A stretch of DNA of 64,000 nucleotides from Planctomycetota bacterium (GTDB lineage: Bacteria > Planctomycetota > B15-G4). The stretch is taken from assembly GCA_965248575.1 (NCBI GenBank), contig CBDFJQ010000002.1, positions 1,952,001 to 2,016,000 on the forward strand. The letters run 5' to 3'. Within the stretch, counting starts at the first letter, position 1. Each line of letters opens with the position of its first letter. Below, one piece after another: positions 38,056 through 46,224 of this stretch. Below the pieces are notes generated by a model. The model did no database searches, was not told the origin of the DNA, and saw only the letters and a list, made by a program, of their open reading frames with translations. A program made the translations under genes and the position numbers.

Positions 38056-38122
38056 GTCTAACGTACCTGCCGTTCAGCGGCGGACCGCGAAGCGGACCGT
38101 CCGTTGCAAGCGCTTGTTAGAC
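38056..38122 (-). repeat. attC site (67 bp, intact)
   Basis: GTCTAAC ... GTTAGAC. Confidence 0.95.
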
Positions 38123-38164
38123 GGCCTTCACTACGCAATGGGCACCTCAACGTCGGCTGAAGCG

Positions 38165-38687
38165 CTAGGCAGCATTCGGGGCCTCCGACTCACCGACCGA
38201 CTGGAGACCCTCGATCTCCCTCGACAAGCGCATGGTCCGTACGACATCAAATGTACAGGCCCCGGCGATGAGTCCGGTGATGATCAGATTGAAACCAAGA
38301 CTCGGACCCTCCGGTACCAAGATGGCGCCGAACACCGACCAACCGGTGGCCACGAGGCCGACGGCCAGCCGGATCCGAAGCCTCTTCCGCATGCGGCGCG
38401 TGACCTCGGAGTACTCGCCGGCTCGGAAGAGCTGCTTTTCCATGTACAGCATCCGTGCCTCGTGATCATCGCCCCCCTGGTGCGACGGCCGTGGCCAGAC
38501 CGACCGACATAACTGGAATGAGGTCACGCCCGAGAGTGCATAGCCGATGATGGTCACCGTATGACCGGCCCACTCCGTGTCGGGCAGGATGGCAGCCACC
38601 GGCAAGAGGAGGAGGGCCGCGAAGAAGTTGAACACGGAGACCAGCAACGGGAAGACCATGAGCACGATAAGTAACTTCTCGAGCATG
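38165..38687 (-). CDS. Cassette ORF: four-TM hypothetical protein
   Basis: Two hydrophobic hairpins; start at about MLEK after GAGGGG (approximate). Confidence 0.6.
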
Positions 38688-38737
38688 GGGTGTATCCCCT
38701 CGGTTCTCGTGGGGCTCCTAGCCACGACGCGCAGTCT

Positions 38738-38868
38738 GTCTAACGTTTAGCATCAGCTGCGCATGTTCTTGGCGCGGCAGCTGCCTGCAGTGAATTGCTA
38801 CCCTTGAATGATGCTACACAGCAGCTGGCGTGACAAGGGCAGGCGTCAGTTGCATGCGTCTGTTAGGC
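38738..38868 (-). repeat. attC site (131 bp, different family)
   Basis: GTCTAAC GTTTAGCATCAGCTGCGC ... GCGTCAGTTGCATGC GTCT GTTAGGC; internal CAGCTGC/GCAGCTG stem. Confidence 0.88.
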
Positions 38869-38921
38869 GGCGGCCGAGAAACGAGTTCGCTCTACTGGTC
38901 CTCATTGCGGGCGTTGGTGCC

Positions 38922-39308
38922 CTAACCGGAGCTACCCTTCTCCGATTTGCTTACGCCGCCCAGTAACGAATACACGTAAGAGATGGGCGCCCAGGTCACC
39001 GCCAGAAGAACCGCGCCTGCGACAGCGGTAATCAGACCGCGATCACCCCTGAGCAATAGATCTACTATCAAAATTAGTTGTGATCCAGCGACAACAAACG
39101 CAGCCTTGTATGCGCTCTTCATTTGTCGCGCTGTCCAATCAAAGAGCGCCACGCAGAGTACTACGTAGGTCAACAATCCAACCGCGGGGCTGACCTCCAA
39201 CCTGACGGAGTCTCCGTCAGCGATCGGCTTGAAGAACAAGAGCACGCCCACGAGGTTCGCAACGAACGCCGTTCCAACTGCAGCCAAAATTGGTTTCCAT
39301 CGGCTCAT
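38922..39308 (-). CDS. Cassette ORF: four-TM hypothetical protein
   Basis: 128 aa, hydrophobic, AT-richer codons. Confidence 0.7.
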   Translation of the reverse strand: MSRWKPILAAVGTAFVANLVGVLLFFKPIADGDSVRLEVSPAVGLLTYVVLCVALFDWTARQMKSAYKAAFVVAGSQLILIVDLLLRGDRGLITAVAGAVLLAVTWAPISYVYSLLGGVSKSEKGSSG

Positions 39309-39383
39309 TGCGACCCCCAGGGTTCTCGAAATGGCGGCGTTGCAATACCCGCGCCCGCCGAGAGCTGAACGGCTCTCTCGTAA

Positions 39384-39444
39384 GTCTAACGGACTGGCGG
39401 TTCAGCGGCGGGCGAAGCCCGTCAGCTGCAGCGGCGGGTTAGGC
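39384..39444 (-). repeat. attC site (61 bp, intact)
   Basis: GTCTAAC..TTCAGC..CGGGCGAAGCCCG..GCTGCA..GTTAGGC. Confidence 0.93.
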
Positions 39445-39446
39445 GG

Positions 39447-39950
39447 CTACGTGTCCAGTAGCTTCGCCATGTAGATCTCGTCCACAGGCCTTCCGTCGAC
39501 GACGAGAGAGCGCTTCTTGGTTCCCTCTTCTACGAAGCCCATCCCCTTGTACAACCCGATGGCCCGGGCGTTGTGGGCCATCACCGTCAGTTCCAGTCGA
39601 TGTATGTCCCTGGTGCGGGCCCACTCCTCAAGGTCGCGGAGAAGGATTTTACCTAGGCCTTGGCCGGTGAAGTCCTGCAGAACCCCCATCACTACGTGCA
39701 CACAGTGACGGTTCCGTCGATATGGCCCGCCGAGGCCCGCAACAAAGCCAACCGGCTTGCACGCTCTCTCCACAAGGAGGATTGTCTGGTTCCCGTTGGA
39801 AAGGGCACCCCGGATCCGCTCGCATTGCTGCTCTTCCGTGGTTGTCCGCTCTCCCGGCTCGAGGAGCATGAACTTGGTCTCCTCGTCGAGCCTCCTACAC
39901 AACGCAAGAAAGCCAGCCGCATCAGTTTCTTGGATCTCTCTGGTCGTCAT
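39447..39950 (-). CDS. Cassette ORF: GNAT N-acetyltransferase
   Basis: GQGLG, RLELTV..N.RAIGLY..GF..EG..DEIYM. Confidence 0.92.
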   Translation of the reverse strand: MTTREIQETDAAGFLALCRRLDEETKFMLLEPGERTTTEEQQCERIRGALSNGNQTILLVERACKPVGFVAGLGGPYRRNRHCVHVVMGVLQDFTGQGLGKILLRDLEEWARTRDIHRLELTVMAHNARAIGLYKGMGFVEEGTKKRSLVVDGRPVDEIYMAKLLDT

Positions 39951-39992
39951 GCTGTCGAAGAGGCCTGGTCCGTGGGAGAGTCCGGCAAGTAC

Positions 39993-40059
39993 GCCTAACG
40001 GACCTGCCGTTCAGCGGCGGGCCGCGCAGCGGACCGTCCGCTGCAAGCGCTTGTTAGGC
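39993..40059 (-). repeat. attC site (67 bp, intact; family type sequence)
   Basis: GCCTAACGGACCTGCCGTTCAGCGGCGGGCCGCGCAGCGGACCGTCCGCTGCAAGCGCTTGTTAGGC. Confidence 0.96.
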
Positions 40060-40103
40060 AGTGCGTCTCTGCGTGAACTGTCCGCACTCCGATACTCCTC
40101 ACT

Positions 40104-40382
40104 TCACGACCTTTCAAGTCGGCGAAGATAGCGACTGCGAATCAGCAGACCCACGCATCCGCCTACGCAGCACGAGACGATGGCCCAATTCAGAAACACC
40201 TCGAAGCCAACGATATCGACCAAACGCGTGTCTACTCCTACGAAAAAGCCGACAACAGCCGCTGCGAACAGCACGGCATACGTCAATGCACCCGCTCGCC
40301 TCGAACTCCGGTATGCGACGAACCAACCGATCGCGCCGAAGACAACGACGGTACTGCACCGGCCAATTGTTTCAATATCCAT
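40104..40382 (-). CDS. First cassette ORF: three-TM hypothetical protein
   Basis: 92 aa, hydrophobic; lies between the candidate attI and the first attC. Confidence 0.65.
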   Translation of the reverse strand: MDIETIGRCSTVVVFGAIGWFVAYRSSRRAGALTYAVLFAAAVVGFFVGVDTRLVDIVGFEVFLNWAIVSCCVGGCVGLLIRSRYLRRLERS

Positions 40383-40426
40383 TGATGGTAACTCTGTCGA
40401 GCCCTAAGGCGTTCGGTTCATTAGAT

Positions 40427-40448
40427 CTGTCTAACTACAATTAGACAG
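40427..40448 (-). other. Candidate attI site
   Basis: Minus strand CTGTCTAA TTGTAG TTAGACAG: GTTAGAC core plus an inverted box at the array head, without attC arms. Confidence 0.55.
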
Positions 40449-40566
40449 CGAAGCTGCCACACCCAAACGATGCGCAGGCACACAGCCCACGCCGCTCGCC
40501 CGCTTCATATCGCGAATCCCCTTCACCTCTTCATCCTGCCTATTCGAAACGCATGCCGGGCCAGCA

Positions 40567-41316
40567 CTAGCTGTCCGTCGACGCGAACCTCGAGGGGACC
40601 ACGCAGCAAGACGGCGTCTCTTCGATCGCTCGCGCACACGCGAAGTCCGTGAACGAGCCCAAGAATGCGTTGTTCTGATCCTCGTAGGTCCAGGCCTCGA
40701 TGCTGCCGTCACCTTCGAAGCGGCAGCGCGTGGCATTGCCCACGATGGGGAGCTTGGCGTCGGCGCCCAGCAAGGGCTCGTACCAGACGGCTTCGGGCAT
40801 CGTGCAGCACTCAAGGTCTGGCAGGGAGGAGCCCTCCACGCTGACCACACCGTCGACGTGGATCGAGAAGTCGCTGCCCTCGCGCCTCACGCGGACGGGC
40901 GCCGAGCGCACGGCCTCCACGCTGCCCAAGCTGTCGCGGTACACATCGCTGACCCAGGCCACGGCTTCGGCGCGGCGGGAGCCGGTCACTGACTCGTCGA
41001 TGTAGATGATGCTGCGGCGGGCGCCGCCGTCCGAGAGGTTCTCGTCCGCTGCCACGGCCACGGCGAGCTGCACGCCGGCCAGGTTCTCGTCGACATAGCG
41101 ACCCTCTTCCAGCACGAAGCCCATCAGCGCCCTGCGCCCCTGGTGATCGGCCTCGGCGTTGATGTGGCAGCCGCCGGCGAAGACTGCGGCACTGCGCACC
41201 TCCACATACTGGCCGCTCACGTTGGGCGTCACATCCATGTGACTCACGGTGTAGGCCACGCCGGCACCCACCGCGGTCATGAGGACCGCCAACATCGCAC
41301 TGAGGAGTTTCGACAT
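40567..41316 (-). CDS. Exported DUF1326-like protein
   Basis: GQYVEVRSAAVFAGGCHINAE, SIIYIDE, WYEPL. Confidence 0.7.
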   Translation of the reverse strand: MSKLLSAMLAVLMTAVGAGVAYTVSHMDVTPNVSGQYVEVRSAAVFAGGCHINAEADHQGRRALMGFVLEEGRYVDENLAGVQLAVAVAADENLSDGGARRSIIYIDESVTGSRRAEAVAWVSDVYRDSLGSVEAVRSAPVRVRREGSDFSIHVDGVVSVEGSSLPDLECCTMPEAVWYEPLLGADAKLPIVGNATRCRFEGDGSIEAWTYEDQNNAFLGSFTDFACARAIEETPSCCVVPSRFASTDS

Positions 41317-41646
41317 CACCGGGCTCCATCCTGGTTCGCGAGCCCATCACGCACGATGGGGCCTCGCTGGATCGCGCTCGCTGGACGGCTAGGTCGCAGC
41401 GGCATGCTCTTCAGCCTACTGCACAGGTGGTCGGCAGTCAGTGACCGCTTGGCTGTCGAAGTGATGGCAGATCGCCCCTTTCCCCTGTTCTGGGCTCAAT
41501 TCGTCCCTCCCTCCTCGCGCGTCCCAATCCAAGGCAACACGCAGACGCAACACGGCCCCGGCTCAGCAAGGCTCGGAGAGGCAGATGTCCTCTCCACAGC
41601 GCTTGGCAAACCGGGGCCGCGTCTCAGGGAGACACGCTCCAAAAAA

Positions 41647-43167
41647 TCAGGGCGTGGTGAACGTCAGCGCGTTGGACGCAAGGGTTCCGGAGACGGCCCC
41701 GCCATCGTCGAAGGGCACCCAGGCCTGCAGCCAGAAGCTCGTGCCGCTGATGATGTTCGTCGGCCAGAGGATGTCGAAGCCCAAGCCGGCGTTCTGCATG
41801 CTCGTGTCCACACCGAAGGCCCGGACCACATCGGGGCTCGGCACCAACACACCGCCTTCGAAGGGGATGTTGATGGCGCTGAAGCCCAGGAACATGAAGG
41901 CCGTCATGTCGATGTTGAGGGCCGTGGGCGGCAGGCGGATCCCGAGGTCGATGCTCAGCGGCGAGCTGGGCGTCAGGTCACCACACATTGTGAGGCTCGG
42001 CGGCCGGTTGAAGGGCGCCACGAAGAGCGTCTCGCCCAGGTTCGTGAAGTTGTCGCCGGCGTTGCACACACCCTGCGGGTTGTTGAGGGCGTTCTGCAGG
42101 GACGAAGCCGTGATCGGCGTACCATTGTTGCTGCCCCCCCCACCGGTGCTGCAACCACCGTTGGTGTGGATGCCCACCGCCATGTCCATCTCCTCCCAGA
42201 TCACGGGCGAGCCGGAGTTCCCGCCGGTCGTGTCCGTCTGGTAGTTGAGGTTGGTGCCGATGCTCACCCAGGGGCCGACGTGCGTCTGCTGCACCTGGTT
42301 GTAGGTGGAGTTGGGCGTGCTGTCCGTGCCGTGTCCCGTGATGCGGATGTTCTGGCCCGCGGGGCTTCCGGGCGGCGAGACCAGGTCAAAGGCATCGCCC
42401 ATGGCCTGGAAGGGCGTGAGGCCCGTGTTGCTGTTGGGGAACGCTCCGAAGTACTGCCAGTCGTCCGTGCTGTTCATGGACTGCTTGGAGCTGGCGTCGT
42501 AGGCGTACTGATCGTCGGGCGACGGGAAGACGAGGCTGCCACCGGCCGTGGAGAAGGGCACGTTGAACTGCAGGCTGGAACCCTGCCCTGCACCACAGTG
42601 GCCCGCGGACAGGAAGCACTTGCCGCAGTCATTGATCAGCCAGGCCGTGCAACCCACCGGCATCAGGCGCGCCACGCGCGGGTCGCTGGAGGGCTGGCGG
42701 TCGTCCACAGGACCGCACTGGGTCTCTTGGATTCCAGCGGGGACACCCAACTCGAGGCTCTCCAGCACGAGGCGGTTGTTGCCCGTGCCGGGGGCGGCGA
42801 TGACTTCCACCTGCACCGCGTTGCCGTTGAAGTAGGCCGAGCCGTTGTTCCACTGCTCGACGTGGGTGGCGTTCATGGTCTGCACCGCGCCGTCCCCATA
42901 AGAGGTGATGCGCAGGATGGACTCGTTGCCCAGGGCGATGTCGCCGGCCAGCTGCACCTCGTCGAAGTGCAGGGCCAAGGAGCTGACCCCTTCGAAGACC
43001 ACCGCGAAGGAGATAACGACCTCCCGCTCGGAGCCGGTGTTGGCCACCAGGCCGGTGTCGCGGTAATAGTCCACCGGCACCATGGGATTCACTTCTTGGG
43101 CGGCGGCAAAGGGCCCGAGCAGCGCAGTGGCGGCCAGGGCGAGCAGGATCTTCCGGGTGGACAGCAT
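41647..43167 (-). CDS. Secreted trypsin-like serine protease (lysyl-endopeptidase-like)
   Basis: Signal peptide; QCGPVD, CTAWL, SAGHC, DW, DTTGGNSGSP, GIHT. Confidence 0.9.
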   Translation of the reverse strand: MLSTRKILLALAATALLGPFAAAQEVNPMVPVDYYRDTGLVANTGSEREVVISFAVVFEGVSSLALHFDEVQLAGDIALGNESILRITSYGDGAVQTMNATHVEQWNNGSAYFNGNAVQVEVIAAPGTGNNRLVLESLELGVPAGIQETQCGPVDDRQPSSDPRVARLMPVGCTAWLINDCGKCFLSAGHCGAGQGSSLQFNVPFSTAGGSLVFPSPDDQYAYDASSKQSMNSTDDWQYFGAFPNSNTGLTPFQAMGDAFDLVSPPGSPAGQNIRITGHGTDSTPNSTYNQVQQTHVGPWVSIGTNLNYQTDTTGGNSGSPVIWEEMDMAVGIHTNGGCSTGGGGSNNGTPITASSLQNALNNPQGVCNAGDNFTNLGETLFVAPFNRPPSLTMCGDLTPSSPLSIDLGIRLPPTALNIDMTAFMFLGFSAINIPFEGGVLVPSPDVVRAFGVDTSMQNAGLGFDILWPTNIISGTSFWLQAWVPFDDGGAVSGTLASNALTFTTP

Positions 43168-43427
43168 CCGTTGATGACTCCGGGGAGGGGGCACCAGACG
43201 ACGACAGAGCTGCCATCGGCCGGCAATTCGGGGAGAGAGAGGAGAGTGCCCACACGCGACAACCCATCCCGCACCCAAGCGGAAGGAGCTGCCCAGCGGA
43301 GCGGGCCCGACTCTAACCCGGAATTCCGGGACTGACCACGGACGCTTCCGCTATGGAAACCCGCTCAGCACACCCCCTGCCCGCTCTCTCGGGACCTTGA
43401 GCGGCCGCCAGGGGTTCAGAACCCCGT

Positions 43428-45122
43428 TTATGTGGCCCGCGACCCACGTTGCGGCGCGGAGGGGACTGCTTCGGCGCGCCACTGGCGGGTGATGGCTTCG
43501 GCAGCCCGCAAGCCGTCCACAGCCGCCGACATGATGCCTCCGGCGTGGCCCGCCCCCTCACCCACCGGGAAAAGGCCCGGGTGGCTGAGCGACTCGAAAC
43601 TCTCCCGGTCGCGCAGCAAGCGCAGGGGTGCGCTGCTGCGGCTCTCGGGCCCCACCAACATGCCGTCGCCACCCGCATAGCCGGGCATGCGCTGGTCGAG
43701 GTCCCGCAGCGCAGCGCGAAGTGCTTCGGGCGCGCCCTCGGGCAGCACGCCGTCGAGCGGCGCCGCGCTGAGCGGCAAGGCGTAGGACGTCGGCCCCAGG
43801 CTCTGGGACACCTGCCCCGGCCCCGCGAGAAAGTCCGCCACGCGCAGGGCCGGCGCCCGGAAGCCGCCGCCAGCGAGTTCCCAGGCCTTGGCTTCGAGCT
43901 GCCTCTGCAGGCGCAACCCGTCACGCGGATCGGTGCCAAAGGATTCCGGTGTCACCGTGACCACCAACCCACTGTTGGCGAAGGGCCCATTGCGTGCGCG
44001 CGGGCTAGCGCCGTTCACACACAGGAAGCCTGCCTTCTCGGTGGACGGCAAGATCTCGCCGCCGGGACACATGCAGAAGCTGAACACATCCAGCCGCCCG
44101 CCCTTGGGGTCCCGGGAGCGCAGGCTGTACTCCGCAACGGGCAAGGCCTTGTGCCCGCAGTTCGAGCCGTACTGCAAGGCGTCGATCATCGCTTGGGGGT
44201 GCTCGATGCGCAGCCCTGTCTGGAACGGCTTCGCCTCCGCGGCCACCCCATCGTCGAGCAACATGTCGAGCGTGTCCCGCGCCGAATGGCCGACCCCCAG
44301 AACCACGGCGCCGGCAGGAATCTGCTCGTCGCCGCAACGCACGCCGAGAACTTGCCGCGCGCCCCACTCAGGTGTGGTGCCCGGCGCTGCGCCCGGCGTC
44401 GAGGCCTGAGGATCGTCCGTCCACAAGCCGTCCATGCGCGTGTCGAAGGCCACCTCCAGCCCCCGGGCCACCATGTTGCGGCGCATGCTCCGGATGATGG
44501 AGGGCAGGGCGTTGCTACCGATGTGCGGGGCCGCCAGCCACAGGATCTCTTCAGGAGCCCCTTGCTCCACCAGCACCTCGAGCACGTCTGCGACGCGCGG
44601 GTCCTTGATGCGCGTGGTGAGCTTGCCGTCACTGAAGGTGCCGGCGCCGCCCTCACCGAAGAGCAGATTGCACTCGGGGTCGAAAGCGCCCCCCTTGAGG
44701 AAGGCGTTCCAGCTCTTGCCCCGTGCGCCCACCTCCGGGCCACGCTCGAGCAGCAATGGAGCGAAGCCCTCGCGCAACAGGCCCCAAGCCGCAAACAGCC
44801 CAGCCGGGCCGCTGCCCACGATCACCGGCCGCCCGCGCATCTCGGGGCGATCATCCGGGAAGATCTCCCGCGCCCGGGGCGGGCTGGGCTTGCGCAGCTG
44901 CCGAGCCCGCTGACCCTTGAGTGCCTCGGCCTCGTGCTGGGGCGCGAGGGTCAGCTCCAGCGTGTAGACGTAGACCGCCTCCCGCCCGGCGCGCACATCC
45001 AGGGATTTGCGCAGGATGCGGGCGCGCTCGACAGGCAGCCCTAGGCGACGCCCGGCCAGGCGGGCGGGATCCGTGCCTTCCAGGTCGAGGGGCACGCGCA
45101 GGTTTTGCAGGACGAGAGTCAT
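43428..45122 (-). CDS. Uncharacterised FAD-dependent dehydrogenase (COG2509-like)
   Basis: VGSGPAGLFAA, FGEGGAGTFSDGKL, GHSARD, SFCMCPGG, GEGAGHAGGIMSAAVDG. Confidence 0.92.
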   Translation of the reverse strand: MTLVLQNLRVPLDLEGTDPARLAGRRLGLPVERARILRKSLDVRAGREAVYVYTLELTLAPQHEAEALKGQRARQLRKPSPPRAREIFPDDRPEMRGRPVIVGSGPAGLFAAWGLLREGFAPLLLERGPEVGARGKSWNAFLKGGAFDPECNLLFGEGGAGTFSDGKLTTRIKDPRVADVLEVLVEQGAPEEILWLAAPHIGSNALPSIIRSMRRNMVARGLEVAFDTRMDGLWTDDPQASTPGAAPGTTPEWGARQVLGVRCGDEQIPAGAVVLGVGHSARDTLDMLLDDGVAAEAKPFQTGLRIEHPQAMIDALQYGSNCGHKALPVAEYSLRSRDPKGGRLDVFSFCMCPGGEILPSTEKAGFLCVNGASPRARNGPFANSGLVVTVTPESFGTDPRDGLRLQRQLEAKAWELAGGGFRAPALRVADFLAGPGQVSQSLGPTSYALPLSAAPLDGVLPEGAPEALRAALRDLDQRMPGYAGGDGMLVGPESRSSAPLRLLRDRESFESLSHPGLFPVGEGAGHAGGIMSAAVDGLRAAEAITRQWRAEAVPSAPQRGSRAT

Positions 45123-45223
45123 GGGCGGCGAGAGAGTACACCCTGTGCCCCGGGGATCGATTATTTCCGTCGCCCGCCCCCTTTCGTGCAACCTGCGAGG
45201 AACCGGCTCGGTAAGAGGAGAGC

Positions 45224-45769
45224 GTGAGCACACCTCCCCCTCAAGACGTGCAGCGCCCGGCCTTCGAGGCCGAGCTGGTGGCCGCCTTGCCCCAGGTCCG
45301 TGGCTATGTGGCCGCCCTCACCGCCCGCGGGCCCGGCAGTCAGGAGACCGAGGACCTGCTCCAGGATCTGGCAGCCAAGGCCCTGCGCTACCAGCACGCC
45401 TACGACGAGGGGCGGGCGCTCCTGCCCTGGCTGCGGCAGGCGGCCCTGCACCTCGTGCTGGATGCCCGACGAGCTGCCGGCCGTCGGCCCCATCACCTGG
45501 AGTCCGAGCCCGAGGACCCGCAGCTCGCCCCCGGCGAACACAGCGCGCGACGCGATGAGCTGCAGCACCTGCTCCAGCGCCTCGCCCCTCTACCCCGTCG
45601 CATCCTGCTCAGCTTCCATCGCGACGGTCAAAGCATCGCAGCCATCGCCCGCGCCTTGGAGTTGCCCGACGGCACCGTCAAGTCCCACCTGCACCGAGCT
45701 CGTGAGCGACTGCGTCGGGGCGCAGGAGCACGCTCAGCACCTGTCACACACCAGGCACCCCCACCATGA
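45224..45769 (+). CDS. ECF sigma-70 factor
   Basis: EDLLQD, LLPWL, SIAAIA..LPDGTVKSHLHRAR. Confidence 0.9.
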   Translation: MSTPPPQDVQRPAFEAELVAALPQVRGYVAALTARGPGSQETEDLLQDLAAKALRYQHAYDEGRALLPWLRQAALHLVLDARRAAGRRPHHLESEPEDPQLAPGEHSARRDELQHLLQRLAPLPRRILLSFHRDGQSIAAIARALELPDGTVKSHLHRARERLRRGAGARSAPVTHQAPPP

Positions 45770-46224
45770 ACACACCGCAAGAGGTTTGGCGACACATCAA
45801 TGCCCTGCTCGACGCCGGGCACGACCCCTTCGACGACGAGCAGGTTGTCGAGGCGCTGCTGAAAGAGCCCGCGCTGCTCGCGCCCCTCGAACAGCTCTGT
45901 GGGCACCTGCGCCAGGTGCAGGAGTTGCCCGCCGACTGGGAGGCGCCACTCGACCCTCGCGCCCCTCTCACACCCCTTGCTCTGCCGTTCCAACGCTGGG
46001 TGGCAGCGGCGCTGCTCGTGCTCGCCGTGGGTGCCAGCAGCTGGTGGCTCTTGCCGCAGACAAGTCGCGAAGAGCCACAGCCTGGCGCGCAGCGCCCGGC
46101 ACCTCCCCTCTCACGCATTCACAGCTTTCGGTCGCACGTGAGCTACGAGCGGCGCGACGCGCCCTTGCCCGCCGCGACCACACCCGTCCTCGTTTCCTGG
46201 AACCACACATGGACCACGCCATGA
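45766..46224 (+). CDS. Putative single-TM anti-sigma factor
   Basis: ATGA-coupled to the sigma gene; INALLD N-terminus; one TM helix. Confidence 0.6.
   Translation: MNTPQEVWRHINALLDAGHDPFDDEQVVEALLKEPALLAPLEQLCGHLRQVQELPADWEAPLDPRAPLTPLALPFQRWVAAALLVLAVGASSWWLLPQTSREEPQPGAQRPAPPLSRIHSFRSHVSYERRDAPLPAATTPVLVSWNHTWTTP

Larger units (their letters stand above)
28404..40448 (-). mobile_element. Integron gene-cassette array lacking an integrase in the window (CALIN): 21 ORFs, 20 attC sites, one half site, candidate attI
   Basis: Regular alternation of single short minus-strand ORFs with imperfect palindromes bounded by RYYYAAC and GTTRRRY; visibly more AT-rich than the flanks. Confidence 0.93.

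Noticed and set aside
28773..40059. Repeats read as a CRISPR array or as REP elements
   Set aside because: They are 48-131 bp, separated by whole ORFs, and bounded by RYYYAAC/GTTRRRY; no cas genes are present; attC fits much better
40449..41316. Integron integrase or a remnant of it at the array head
   Set aside because: No tyrosine-recombinase motifs (HxLRHxxAT, LGH) in the ORFs here; the + strand ORF 40470-40652 does not resemble an IntI N-terminus
43411..43425. GGGGTTC-A-GAACCCC inverted repeat as a terminator
   Set aside because: Short stem-loop with no U-tract in the direction of the minus-strand genes; function cannot be supported
45300..46220. N-terminal 307 aa of the 700-aa ORF 45300-47402
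   Set aside because: Overlaps the sigma and anti-sigma genes in another frame; the coupled ATG at 46221 is the better start
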